DNA of 64,000 nucleotides. Source: Mobula hypostoma (taxonomy: Eukaryota). The notes under the pieces were generated by a model, which searched no databases, had not been told where the DNA came from, and worked only from the letters and a program-made list of their open reading frames with translations. This document shows, piece after piece, positions 38,423 to 51,520 of the stretch. Positions within the stretch are counted from its first letter, which is position 1. Each line of letters opens with the position of its first letter. The stretch spans positions 77,688,001 to 77,752,000 of the forward strand of contig NC_086097.1 of assembly GCF_963921235.1 (NCBI RefSeq). The letters are read 5' to 3'. Made by a program: the position numbers and the translations under genes.

Positions 38423-39239
38423 AACTGAAGGAAGAGTGATCAACATCACATTATCTTTTGTGGAGATCTGATTTGGATAAAAATATTTCTGTACTTCCTA
38501 CGCTATCACAGTGACCAGATTCAGAAAGTAATTTATTTGCTATCAAGAGCTTTATGATATTGTGAAGTTTTTATTTCCATTGATTTCAGTCTTTCTGCTA
38601 CCACTCATATTATGCTGGTACAAGTCAAAATTAATACAAACATATGTTTGGTTCAGAGACCTTTAATGGAATGGCTCACCACTCTTTTCAAACTTTCTAA
38701 TCATTACAAAGATCCGTGACTTTAATAACATGACTGTCTTTATCTCAAAAACATCTTACAAAGGGTTCACATCGAAGGGTTCACACTTATTCTCCTTGCA
38801 CAAATTAAATGTTTAACCCATTACAATTTTATTCGTATTTTCAGTAGCTACAATTTTTTAAAAATTTGCTTTATACTGTATCTTCCAAAATCAATTTTTT
38901 TTGAATAATTGTATTGCTTGTAAATGTATGATGTTTCTGTGTGTGCATATGTATGTATATATACACATATGCACAAGTAGTTGTAGAGATTGGAATAAAC
39001 AAGTGTTAACTACTTTGAACATTTATTTCTGATTTATTGCACTATACAGTATTTTTTTTAGAATAGGATCACACAAATGCATTACAATTGGTTTAAAGGA
39101 TGGAAAGAATACTTCTTCAATGGAAGGGAAAACATAATCAGCATTGTGACCATTACAGCAGTTTGAAACAGCATTGCAGAGCAGAGCTGTGAGTAACCCT
39201 GAGTGAATATGACAAGTGTGGGTATGGGCGAGAGTATCA

Positions 39240-39310
39240 GTCAAAATTCTGTAGAATAAAGGAGGAACATACTGGTTTGTGAAATTCTGGGATACATAAA
39301 TTTGCCAAGG
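39240..39310 (+). pseudogene. Pseudo-exon fragment, RGS start
   Basis: KIL*NKGGTYWFVKFWDT* resembles the FL...GG..LVxFW motif. Confidence 0.4.
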
Positions 39311-39730
39311 GGCATCACAACTTTTGCAGAGAAGAATGAGACTAACCAGAAGTTGTGTGGGCAGTGGAGTCAATGTGGGTAAATGGTCAGTCCAGGATAC
39401 ATACGAAAACTCTTGAGATGTCCCACAGTGTGTGAGTCATATTAAGAAAATCACACCCTTTTAGGTAAATTAAAACATTAGTGTTATTAAAACACAGGGG
39501 GAAAAAACACCTACTGTATGTGAAACTGAATTCCAAATGGCCATATGAGATTATTCTGACCCACAATGTTGGTCGTAGTTTGGATCTGAGAACTGAAACC
39601 AGAATGGAAATAAGCATCTAGCATGAATGCTTCAAAATCATACTGAGACTTAGTATTGGAAGAGTAAGAAGAAATATTAAATGACATCGTGACAGATAAA
39701 GTAGGACATAATGCCCCTATTCATATTCAG

Positions 39731-39808
39731 CCAGTCTTCTATATCCAACAGCCTGCCCTGTTTGCATTGAGGGACTAGGTGGAGAATGAGTTACAGCTCC
39801 TACTTAAG
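39731..39808 (+). pseudogene. 78-bp phase-0 pseudo-exon
   Basis: Acceptor ttcatattcAG and donor AAG|GTATGT. PVFYIQQPALFALRD*VENELQLLLK with one TAG. Confidence 0.45.
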
Positions 39809-40400
39809 GTATGTACGGCTGAATTATGTGCGGCCTGTACATACAAACAAGCATTTAGAAGACCAGTTGGATGGATTTGCTGGCTGCTCTGGAGCTGCAG
39901 ATATCTTCTGCCACCTGGAGCTCGATTCACAGCTACGTTTCCAGGTTACAAAAAGATCACAGAGGACTGACACCCTGCTATGTCCTGGGAAGGACCTGTA
40001 GATAAATCAGAATGAAATGGGAAGCTAGTAAAGATGATTCAGAGTGATAGGGCAACACCAGTTGCAGAACTGTGAACAGATAGAACTATGATGGACAGTG
40101 CCCATGTCTCACCTTGCATAATTCACGTGCAAAATCGGCAGCAGCCAAAGTTTAACCCAAACCAGATGTGTCACCTGCAGATGCTCAGATGAATGTGGAT
40201 ATTTCATAATTAATATGCTTAAGGGCATGTGTCCTTGCACAAAACTGCCTCATAGTGAGAAATCATCAACAAAAATTGGTAAGGCTCCCATGGGAAAAAT
40301 ACTACAAGGTATAGACAAGTGTCAGGCAATCAGAGTTAAGTCGTAACAGCCATAAATCCAGGAGAAGAAAAAAGTTTGAAGATTAGATGTGGTCTGATGG

Positions 40401-40897
40401 TACAAGGGATGATTGATAAGTTTGTGTCCTAAGATAGAAGGAGTCAATTTTAGAAAACCTAGCACATTTATTTTTCCTACATTTACACACTTAGTCCAGC
40501 AGTTGTGGAGCATACGTATCCCTTCTTTGTAGAAGTCGGCATCTTGGACCTCCAGAGGTGGTCCACAGCAGGAGTGATTAATAAATTCATGGCCTAAGGT
40601 AGATGGAGATGAGGAGAAACTTCAAACTTTCTGCATTTTCACTCAAAGGGTTGAACAGCACGTGCATGTAACGAGAGCTGTATAATTCATCTCCTTCTCC
40701 CTTAGGCCATGAACTTATCAATCACCCCTGCTGTGGACCACTTCTACAAAGAAGGGATCCGTATGCTCCACAACGCTGGACTAAGTGTGTACATGTAGCG
40801 GGGGGAGGGGGGGACTATGTTGAAAAATAGATGTGCTAAGTTTTCTAAAATTGACTCCTTCTACCTTAGGCCACGAACTTATCATTCACCCCTCGTT
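40401..40897. mobile_element. Tc1/mariner-type palindromic MITE
   Basis: TA-caagggatgattgataag...cttatcattcacccctcg; arms of about 210 bp, each with an inner repeat of the TIR. Confidence 0.8.
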
Positions 40898-41234
40898 TAT
40901 AAACCAGTGTGCTTTTATAAGAAAGTTTATCTTGGGTTGAAGCAGCATCAAGTGACTTGCAACCATCAAAGGAAAAGTTGAAGCAAGTGTGAAGGTAAAG
41001 GAAGCTGAAGTTATTCAATTACAGAGATCAACTAGGGATGACCACTTTACAGATTCGGAAATGGCTGTAAGATCTTTATAAACGAAAGATATTGTTATAA
41101 TGAAAAAGGGACCGGTAACTCCTTACACAAAATGGATCAAGACGCTTACAACATGATGCACTATTGAAGAATCAAAATCCATTTTCCTAAATTATGTCTT
41201 ACTGGACGTTGTAGTTGGAGCTAAAATAGTCATA

Positions 41235-41770
41235 CAGTTGCATAGCATAGAAACAGGCCCTGTGCTCCACCACATCTATGCTGCTCATCATGTCAGTCTA
41301 TGCATATCCCATTTGTCTTCATTAATTCCATATCCTGTTATGTTTTGCTCATTCGAATACTTGTCCAGATGCCTCTTACCTGTTGTTGCTATTTCTGCCT
41401 CAACTATCTTCTCCAGCAGTTCATTCCAGATTTTAACTACCCTTTCTGTGAAAAAAAATCTCCTTTAAATGTCCCCCCTCTCATCTTAAACTTATGCTAT
41501 TTAGTTTTGGACACCTCTTTTATGAGAAACAGATGCTGGCTATTTATCCTGTCTCTGTCTCTCATGATTTTATATACTTCCATCTTGTCACCTCTTATCC
41601 TCCTTTGCTCCAGGGACAACAGAAACAGATTAACCAGTATCTCCTTACAACTCAAGCCCTTCTAACCAGGCAACATCCTTGTAAATCTTTTCTGCATCCT
41701 TAATCACATCTTTCCTGTGACGCAGAAACTGGAACTGCACAGTGCAGGCCAGCCAATGTTTTGTACAATT
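41235..41770 (-). mobile_element. CR1 3' fragment
   Basis: Reverse of the CR1 terminal region (ccaggcaacatccttgtaaatct). Confidence 0.7.
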
Positions 41771-42802
41771 GTACAACAATTAATTTTTTAAAATTTGTAT
41801 TTGAACACTATGAAGGAAGACAGCTTTTGGCACATATCACATTGACTACAACATCCAACGTCAAAATGTGTGGCAGAGACACTGGAGAAAATTAGCAAAG
41901 TGGTACTGAAGATGCCAGTAAAGCATAAATGCAATTGAGTTTAAGAATTAAACAATAATTCACAATCTTCTTGCTAAAACATGAATGACATCGTATTCTA
42001 CAATGGGTTAATCTTGTTGAGTTACGAATGTGCGTAAGACACAGAACGAAGCTGAGCTCAGTTCAGCTAAGTTTTCAAGGGACCATAGAGAGAGGTATTC
42101 AAGACAGGAACAAAGAATGAACTCAGACCTAGAAAGATTTGACAAAGCTTTTGTGTCAGTATCACTTCCACTGCTAAATTCTCTTTTCTTTTTTTTTTGG
42201 GGAATTTATTTTTTATTGCAGTTCATTATCAAACAAACAATTCCAGAAGATATAAGCGCAGAATTAGGCCATTTGGCTCATCATTTCCTCCTGCATTCCG
42301 TCATGGTTGATTTATTATTCCTTTCAACCCCATTCTCCTGCCTTCTCCTATAACTTTTGTTACCATTAATAATCAAGAACCTATTAATCTCCATTTTAAA
42401 TATACCAAATGGCTTGGCCATTTCTGACGATGAATTTCACAAATTCACTACTCTGTGGCTAAAGAAATTCCTGCTCTTCTCTCTTCTTAAGGAGCATCCT
42501 TCTTCCTGAGACTGCTCTCTGGTCCTAGACTCCTCTACTCTATCTATCTGGGCCTTTCAATATTTGATAAGTTTCATTTTTATATCCCAAATGTCAATTC
42601 AACTGAAAAAGACAACTATATTATTCATTTCAAAACTATGCCAATTTACTGTATACTCTGGCATACAAGCTTTGCAATCAAACTTTAATTCTGTCCTGAC
42701 AGAAGACTGCCGTTCCTTAGTATTCAAATTTTGCCTGTGCCTTAAGGGAATGGTAAATATTTCAATTGCTAACAAAAAGAAGTGCTGCTTGATTTTCTTT
42801 AG

Positions 42803-43480
42803 CTAAAGCCAAGCATTTATTTATTATTTCAAACATACTTTGAAAGTAGTTTTCTCTTTTATTCAAATTTTTACAATGGAGCGGCCAAATATTTGCTGTG
42901 ATCTCATCAGGAAACTGCCATCCAAAGCAGAGATCATTAACTGAATAGACATATAAACCAGATTGCAAGCAGTTCAGTTTTGCTGAATGTCTGTCACTCA
43001 TGTGAGTGATGGCAAGGATGAGGAATATTTCATTGAGCATCTGACAAGCAATTCCATTTTGAATGCGACCTTGACATCTAAGCATCAGCCTCACTTCCCC
43101 TACAGAGCAGAGCAGAAATGCAAAAGCATTAGTACGTTGGAAAATAGTTGAGGTCCCACTGACTTTAACAGAAGGGAGCCAGTAATTCTGCATGAAAGAG
43201 ATATTCAGTTCCAGTGATGCGTGGTGAAAAATATGCAGACAATCAGTGTCTCACCATGAAAGAAATGCAGATATCTCATGGCCAACTATGAAAGCGATGC
43301 AGGTAAACATTGACTCACCGTGGTGGAGGCACACACTCCAATGCGGAAGCCTGGAAGAGACATTTCAACCACTGCTTCAGGGAAGAAATGCAGAGAAAGA
43401 ACTTCTTTATGTACGGTACAGCTAAAGGCCAACATTTCCACACCTGTTTGGTTGTAGTGGGTAGCTGGACAAATCATGAA
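42803..43480 (+). pseudogene. Pseudo-exon region resembling the RGS22 N-terminal part
   Basis: Acceptor gattttctttAG. YFESSFLFYSNFY...AKYLL*, a linker, then FREEMQRKNFFMYGTAKGQHFH and a frameshifted VWL (RGS22-type FKxFxxGTxGExxxxLWxDIE). Confidence 0.55.
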
Positions 43481-43849
43481 AGTGTAATTTATTCGAGTGG
43501 TTGTCACCAGCTACTGGTAAACCCCAATTTCCCCAAGAGCATCTAGAGGGAAAAAAGCTGCTGTGTGTTTAATTTAATATAAAATATGATCTTATCGTCA
43601 GCAACAACAAAGTGCAGCCAAGTTTCTACATTCCAGTATGATTTTATTGCTGCAAATGAACTTTGCTGAATAAATCAACTGAGACAAGGAGAAATTAATA
43701 CTTTAGAAGCAGAACATGTCTAATTGAACAGCTGTTTGCAATATTAGCATGTTTATTCAGAACAACTAGAATACTGTATGCAAATTACCAATGAAATACA
43801 TGAAACTGAAGACTTCTGTCTCACATTATCGCTGTGTACGTGTCCTCAG

Positions 43850-44425
43850 AAGTCTGCCGAAATTCGGCATACCATCAAAAACCTTCTATAGATGTGTGGT
43901 GGAAGTATACTGACCGAGGCATTACAGCCTGGTACGGGAACACCAATGCCTTGAACAGAAAATTCTACAAAAGTTGGTGGATTCAACCCAGTACATCACC
44001 GGTAAAACCCACCCAACCACTGAGGCAGCATCCATCATCAAAGATCTTCACCATCCAGGCCATGCTCTTTTCTCCCTGCTGCCATCAAGTAGAAGGTACA
44101 ATGTGCCTCAGGACTTGCACCACCAGGTCCAAGAACAGTTACTACCCCTGAACCATCAGGCTCGAACAAAAGGGGATAATAACATTCATTCTATTTCTGG
44201 TGTTCCCACAGCCAATGGTCTCACTTTAAGGACTCTTTATCTTGTTATTTCATACTCATTATTTATTGCTATTTATTTATATTTACACTTGGATGGTTTG
44301 TTGTTCATTGATTCTGTTTAACAATTGCCGTTCTATAGATTTGCTGAGCATGCTCACAGGAAACAAAATCTCAGGGTTATATGTGGTGACATGTATGTAC
44401 TCTGATAATAAATTTTACTTCCACT
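43850..44425 (+). mobile_element. Rex1/Babar 3' fragment
   Basis: ITAWYGN...AASIIKDLHHPGHALFSLLPS...YYP; same 3' UTR as 3430-4285. Confidence 0.85.
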
Positions 44426-44497
44426 TTAATTAAGTATTTGGAAATATTCCTCCCAACTACAGAGTAAAAAAAAAATCTATGCTTTTAACTAACAAAT

Positions 44498-44746
44498 GGT
44501 CGGCTGATGGTGCAGTGACATCAATGCCAGACCCCAGTGTGAAGGTTCCCGAGTTCAAACCCAGTCGGACCGCTCCCGGGCACGCTTTCCATCCGTGCCG
44601 GGTTGAGTACCGAACTCGCAACTTGGCCTCGTAAAAAAAATCTGTGCTGTGAGAAGGACGTGGGGGACAACTCACAGAATCTTTCCTCCAAGACAACCGC
44701 CTGAAAAGTGGTCGCCGAGGCTCTGGCAGAGTATGGCACACAAAAA
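44498..44746 (+). mobile_element. tRNA-derived SINE
   Basis: A box tggtgcagtg, B box gagttcaaaccc, A-rich tail; 11-bp TSD aactaacaaat (44487-44497 / 44747-44757). Confidence 0.85.
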
Positions 44747-45014
44747 AACTAACAAATAATTGCAAATGCGTCATACTCTTCTGCTCATTTATTGTTTTAC
44801 TCTTTGATGATTTGACAAAACCAGCATTTAATGTCCATCCCTAACTTCCCCCAAACTAAAAGTCAAAAAAAAAGCTGCAGATACTGGAAAGTTGAAATAA
44901 AAATAGAAGATACTGGAAACATTCAGGAGGTCAGGAAGTACTTATGGAACCAGAAACACAATTAATGCTTCAGGTAGAAGACATTGATTCAGAATCAGGA
45001 AGGAAAGGTAACAA

Positions 45015-45154
45015 AAACAACAGGAATTCTGCAGATGCTGGAAATTCAAGCAACATACATCAAAGTTGCTGGTGAACGCAGCAGGCCAAGCAGCATCTAT
45101 AGGAAGAGGCGCAGTCGACGTTTCAGGCCGAGACCCTTCGTCAGGACTAACGTC
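45015..45154 (-). mobile_element. Short Penelope-derived insert with intact hammerhead core (45113-45148)
   Basis: Minus strand agtcCTGACGAagggtctcggcctGAAAcgtcgact; TSD aggaaaggtaacaa / aggaaagctaacaa. Confidence 0.8.
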
Positions 45155-46199
45155 AGGAAAGCTAACAATTTCATTTTAAGTTGCAACAGGACAGAGGAAG
45201 AGATGCTTAGGACAAGGGAAAAGGAAAGAAGTGTTTCAGAGTGGCAACACAGGAACAAGATCAACATATCTACTATTCATTAAGCAGACAATCAGTTTGT
45301 AATGGCCCATGTGACATCACCATAACCCACTAGGTAGTGAAAGGGTAATCAGGTGCTCTTTTCTGGAGATGATACTTAGAGTAAAATAATATGTCTTTTG
45401 GGACCTGTGTTTAAAATCAGTGCAGACTGAGTAGTGAAACAAGTCTTTCCCCAAAGAAGAACCAATGGTCTCTAAGCTCAGACCCTGAGCTTAAACTGAG
45501 CTAACCAGATGGTGTGCACATCTGGTGTCCAAGGTCCACAAGCTCACGAGAGACACTAAACACCTAACAGCTTGTAAATGATGCCTAACAATTAACTTGC
45601 TTTTTTTCTTTTCCATTTCTGATGATCTGCAATGTTAGGTCTGTTTCTCTTGCCATGGAAACTGACTCAACAGAACAGTGTTTCCATCACGTTCTGTTTT
45701 TATTTTCCCTAAAGTGATCAATTTGTTAGACAGTAACTGAGGGAAGTTAAGAGTCAGGGACATTGGTGGGTCTGAAATCAAACATGGGCTAGTCAGGAAA
45801 GAACAGTTTTCCTACCCCTTAAAGATATTGATGATTCAAATCGGTCTTTGCAATAATTTGAGAGTTTCATAGGCAAAAATGTTAAATATATTTACATATA
45901 AGGGCAGAGAAAAAATTGAAGAGAACAGTAAAAATGATTATTTACAATAAAAAGATCAATCCAGTTTATGTCCCCTGAGAGAAAACATATATATACATTA
46001 GGAAATTGAGAAAAAAAATGCTCCAATACAATATAAATAGAAACCAATTTAAATATAAAATAAGTTAACAAATTCAAAACGATAATGATTCTGCAAAACA
46101 CAATAGAATAGAATCTTTTCAGAACCTGAACTTATATGATAATAAATTATTACTTGCACTAACCTCTCATTTCTTCTACTTAATATGAAGTTGTTCACT

Positions 46200-46525
46200 A
46201 GGTGTATAAGATGATGAGAGGCATTGATCCTGTGGATAGTCAGAGGCTTTTTCCCAGGGCTGAAATGGCTAACACAAGACGGCACAGTTTTAGGGTGCTT
46301 GGAAGTAGGTACAGAGGAGATATCAGGGGACGGTCTTTACGCAGAGAATGGGCTGCCGGCAATGGTGGTGGAGGCAGATACAATAGGGTTTTTTAAGAGA
46401 CTCTTGGAACTTAGAAAAATAGAGGGCTATGTGTATCCCTAGGTAATTTCTAAAGTATGTATATGTTCGGCACAGCATTGTAGGCCGAAGGGCCTTTATT
46501 GTGCTGTAGGTTTTCTATGTTTCTG
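46200..46525 (+). mobile_element. CR1 3' end
   Basis: YKMMRGIDPVDSQRLFPRAEMANTRRHSF plus tail. Confidence 0.85.
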
Positions 46526-46859
46526 ATGTTCTGTGTAACTTGGTGAGTTGTCTTTACTGAACCATTGCGTCTCTTCATTGCTGTTGGGAAGGAAATTCCA
46601 GGATTCAGATGTAGCAAAGATCAGTGATGTACTTCCAAGACAGGACGCTGTACAACTTTGAGGAGAAACTTGTGTGTTCACATTCATCAGTTGCTCTTGT
46701 GCCTCTTAGTGGCAGAGTTAGCGGATTCAGGGCCCTGGTGAGCAAAAGCAGTAAGTTCTGTAGATTGCAGTAAGCGTGTGCTGGTAGTGAAGGAAATAAA
46801 TGTTTCAGGTGGTAATGGGGTACTAATCTAGCAGGCCATTGTATCACTGATGGAGTGAT

Positions 46860-48700
46860 ACTGTACAGATCCCAGCCCTTTGGCCCAACAAGTCCGTACT
46901 GATCATGTTGTCTACCTGCATTGGACCCATATCTCTTCAGGCCTCCCTGCTCCATGCATCAATTCAAATGCTTTTTAACTAATATTTTTGTACCTCTCCA
47001 AAGCATTTCCTTGACAGCTCATTTCACTTTCTCAAAACTTCCACAGGCTGCATGTTTATCTTTCTCCTCTCACATTAAATCTTTGGCCCCCGGTTTTGGA
47101 CATCCTTACATTAGGGAAAAGATTGTTACTACCCATCTTACCTATGCTTTTCATTATTTCAAACACATCTATAAGGCTACCTCTTATTCGTCGACTTTCC
47201 AAGGAATAAAGACCCAGCCTGGTCAACCTCTCCCTATAACTCTATCCCGTTCAACACCTTCATAAATGCTTTCTGCACTCTTTCCAGTTTAACCACAGCT
47301 TTCCCATAAGATGATGACCAAAACTCCAAGTGCAGCCTCACCAGTGACTTAAAACATAATGTCCCAACTGCTATAGTCAATGCTCTGACTGATGAATGCC
47401 ATTTTCACCACCCTGTCTACCTGTGATGCTGCTTTCAATGAACTATGCACCTCTATTCCTATGTCCTTCTGTTCCATTATGCTATCAGTAACACCTGCTA
47501 CTTTTGTTTATTCTCCAAACTTGCTGATCAAGCCTTATGCGTTCACATCCAAATCATTTATATGAATAACAAATAAAAAGAATCCCAACACTGAACCCTA
47601 CAGGCCTACCACTAGTCACTGGTCTCTATTCTGAGAAAGAACCTTCAACTACCATCTTCTGCTTTCTAATTTGAGATCAGTTTTCATTCTACCTAATTAA
47701 CTCTTGCTGGATATTGTGGGATCTAACTTTTCAGACCTTGTCAAAGGAACTGTTAAAATCCAAATAGATAACCTCCACTACTGTACCCTCATCTACCCTT
47801 CTGATTACTTCTTCAAAAACTTTAGAAGTTATGTGTGACTTCCCACACACAAAGCTATGCTGATTCCTCCTAATCAGGTGTTGTCTATCCAAATGCCGAT
47901 AGATCCAAGCCGACAGAGTTCCCTCCAGTAACTTCCCCACTACTGATTTCAGGCTGACCGGCCTGTTGTTCCTTGGCTTGTTCTTTCTACCCTTCTTAAG
48001 CAACCAATTGAAATTAGCACCTTCCAGTCTTCAGAAATTTCAACAGCGATGCAAATATCTCGACAAGAAATTTCACAAATTCATCTACAGCCTCCCACAA
48101 AGTCGAAAGATGTACTCGTTCAGGGCCTTGGAATTTATCCATCTTGATGCACTGTAATGTTGCAAATTCCTCCACTTTGGGAATATGAATGTTCTCTAAA
48201 ACATCTCCACTTGTTTCCAATATTTCTTGAGCAACTACGATTTGCTCATCAGTAAACACTGAGGAGAAACATTTGTTAAAGTTCCCACCCATCTCCTGAG
48301 GCTTGAATTACAGGAAGCCTTGACGATCTCTAATGACCTATTCTCTTCCTAGCCACCCTCTTACTCTTAATATACAGTAGCTGTAGAACATCTTGGGGTT
48401 TTCCTTATCCTTATTTGCCAGATTGATCTCATAGCCTGTCTTTTCCCTCCTGATTTCTCTCTTAAATATATTCTTAACCTTTTTTTTATTTAATAAGGGA
48501 TTCTGGTGTCTCCACCATTGTACTGCTGCTGTAAAGTTAACAAATTTCACTACATATGCCGGTGATACTAAACCTCATTCTGATTCAGATTTTGATTTCC
48601 TAAACCCAATATGTGTTTCTTACATTTTCTTGACCAGAGCTTCAATACTTTTCATTAGCCAAGGTTCTCTAAACTTGCCAGGTTTATTCTTCACACTATC
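46860..48700 (-). mobile_element. Old CR1 ORF2, resuming at about 51540-52000
   Basis: KKGRKNKPRNNRPVSLKSVVGKLLE...VIYLDFNSSFDKV; FNKCFSSVFT. Confidence 0.85.
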
Positions 48701-49590
48701 AGAGTCAGGTTTAATATCACTGACATAAAGTATGTCATAAAATTAAATAAGTAGTTCAAAAAGAGAGGAATAAAAATGCTGAGCTGGTGTTCATAGGTTC
48801 ATTGTCCATTCAGAAATCTGACGGATGAGAAAAAGAAACTGTTCCTGAACCATTAAGTGTGTATCTTCACGCCTCTGTGCATCTTCCTTGATGGTAGCAA
48901 TGAGAAGAGGGCAAGAGATGCGGATCATTAATGATGGATGCTTTCTTTTGAGGCATCACCTTCTGAAAGTGCCCTTGATGCTGGCGAGGCTAGGGCTCCT
49001 GATGAAACTGGCTGAGTTTACAACCTCCTGCAGTTTTTTTCCATTCCTGTGCAGTGGCCCCTACATATCAAACTGTACTGCAATCAGTTAGAGTGCTCTC
49101 CATGGTACACCGGCGGAAATTTGCAAGTGTCTTTGGTGACGTACCAATTCTCCTCAAACTCCTAATGAAATATAGCTGCTGATATGCTTTCTTTCTAATT
49201 GCTCACCCTTTACCCTTCTGATCCCTGGATGAGGACTGGGGTGTGTTCCCTCAGCTTCCTTTTCCTGATGTCCTTTATCAATTCTTTGGTCCTACTGATG
49301 TTGAGTGCATGGTTGTTGCTGCATCACCATTCAACCCGATGATCTATCTCACTCCTTTCCACCTCCTCATCACCATTTAAAGTCTGCCAACAATAGTTGT
49401 GTCATCAGCAAACGTATGAGCTGTGCCTAGCCACACAGTCATGGGTATGGAGAGTGTAGAGCAGTGGGCTAAGCATACATCCTTGAGGTGTACCAGTGTA
49501 GATTGTCAGCGACAAAGACTGCGGACCTCTGATGAGGAAGTCAAGGATCCATTTCAGAGGGAGGTACACAGACCCAGGATTTGGAGCTTG
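48700..49590 (-). mobile_element. Rex1/Babar 3' fragment
   Basis: Reverse of KFADDTTIVG..., YFIRSLRRIG and the 3' UTR. Confidence 0.8.
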
Positions 49591-49619
49591 CTACCGCTCA
49601 GTATTCAGGGATTCATCTT

Positions 49620-51520
49620 CAACTCTGAATGACTCAACTTAGTTGTCACTGACTTCATTAAAACCTGTGTGGATGAGAATATACCATACATACAGGAATC
49701 AAAAGCCATGGCTGAACCAGGACTAGTCTATTGAGGACTAGAACAGTGGCATTCAAGTCTGGTAACCCAGGACTAAAGAAAAAGGGCAGTTACAACACAC
49801 GAAGGGCTGTCTCAAGAGCAAAAGAACAATTCCAATTGACGTTAGAGGCGGACTCTGATGAATGCCGACTCTGGCAGGGTTTACAGGCCATTACTTCCCA
49901 CAAAGCGAAGCCTAACATCATGAATGGCAGTGATGCTTCCCTCCCAGATGAGGTCAATGCCTTTTATGGACACTTTGAAAGGAAGAATAAGACTACAGCT
50001 ATGAGGATCCCTGCAGTACCCGCTGATCCTGTGATCTCTGTCTCGGAGGCTGATGGCAGTATGTCTTTCAAGAGGGTCAACCCTTGCAAGGCAACAGGCC
50101 CTGATGGTACACATGGTAGGGCTTTTGAAAGCCTGTGCCAACCAAGTGGCGGGTGTGTTCACAGACATTTTGAATCTCTCAATGCCACAGTCAAAAGTTC
50201 CCACCTGCAGCAAAAGGGCAACATTCATATCAGTGCCCAAAAGGAGCACAATGAGCTGCCTTAATGACCATCGTCCAGTGCCACTCATATCTATGGTAAC
50301 AAAGTGCTTTTAGATGTTGGTAATGGCTAGTTTCAACTCCCGCCAAAGCAAGGACCTGGACCCACTGCAATTTGCCTATCAAAACAACAGGTCTACAGTG
50401 GGTGCTATCTCAATGGCTCACCGGGACAATGGTAATACTTAAATCAGGCTGCTGGATACTGTCTACAGCTTAGTGTTTAACACAATCATTCCCACAGTTC
50501 TCATCAAGCTCCAAAACCTGGACCCCTGTACCTTCCTCTGCAACTGGATCCTTGACTTCCTCACCAGAAGACCACAGTATGTGCGAATCAGAAATAAGAT
50601 CTCAGCCCAGCTGATAATTAACACTGGTGCACCTCAGGTTTGAGAACTTTGCCCCTTGCTCTACTCTCTCTACACCCATGACTGTGTGGCTAGACACAGC
50701 TCAAATGCCATCTATAAATTTGCTGATGACACAACTATTGTAGGCAGAATTTCAGGTGGTGTTGAGGAGGCGTACAGGGAGTGAGATAGATCAGCTGGCT
50801 GAGTGGTGTCACAGCAACAACCTTGCACTTGATGCCACTAAGAATGTCGGAAAGGGTTAGATGAGGCAACACACACCAGTCCATATCGAGGGACCAGAGG
50901 TGGAAATGGTGAGCAATTTCAAGTTCCTGGGTGTTAACATCCCTGAGAATCTATCCTGGGTCCAGAATATCGACACAGTTACAAAGAAGGCACAGCAGTG
51001 GCTATATTTCATTAGGAAGTTGAGGAGATTTGGTATGTCATCGAAGACATTCACAAATGTCTACAGATGTACCATGGAGAGGATTCTAATGGGCTGCATC
51101 ATCGTCTGGTATGGTGGTGGGCACTGCTCAGGATCGAAATATGTTGCAGAAAGTTGTAAACTCAGTTAGCTCCACCACGGGTACCAGCCTCCCCAGCATC
51201 CAGGAGATCTTCAAGGAGCAATGCCTCAAAAATGTGGCATCCATCATTAAGTACCCCCATCACCCAGGACATGCCCTATTCTCATTTCTACCATCAGGGA
51301 GGAGGTGCAGGAGTTCAAAAGCACATACTCAATGATTCAGGAATAGCTTCTTGCCCTCTGCATTCAGATTTCTGAATGTACATTGTATGCATGAACACTA
51401 CTACCACACTACTTTTATCCTGTTTTTGTACTATTTATTTAATTTAACTTCTTAAATATACACATAACAACTGAATTCATGACATATGTCAGCAATATTA
51501 AACTTAATTCTGATTCTGAT
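49620..51520 (+). mobile_element. Rex1/Babar RT region to 3' end
   Basis: LWQGLQAIT...KATGPDG...CLNDHRPVPL, LDPLQFAY, KFADDTT, FKFLGVNI; (ATTCTG)n tail. Confidence 0.92.

Noticed and set aside
42762..43193. 143-aa minus-strand ORF
   Set aside because: Not recognisable; its phase matches only a stop-ridden frame of the neighbouring minus-strand exon-like segment; it is antisense to the RGS-like relic.
43340..43450. Dynein-heavy-chain-like PLAVPYIKKFFLCISSL on the minus strand
   Set aside because: Short isolated resemblance surrounded by stops, with no other dynein motifs in the window.
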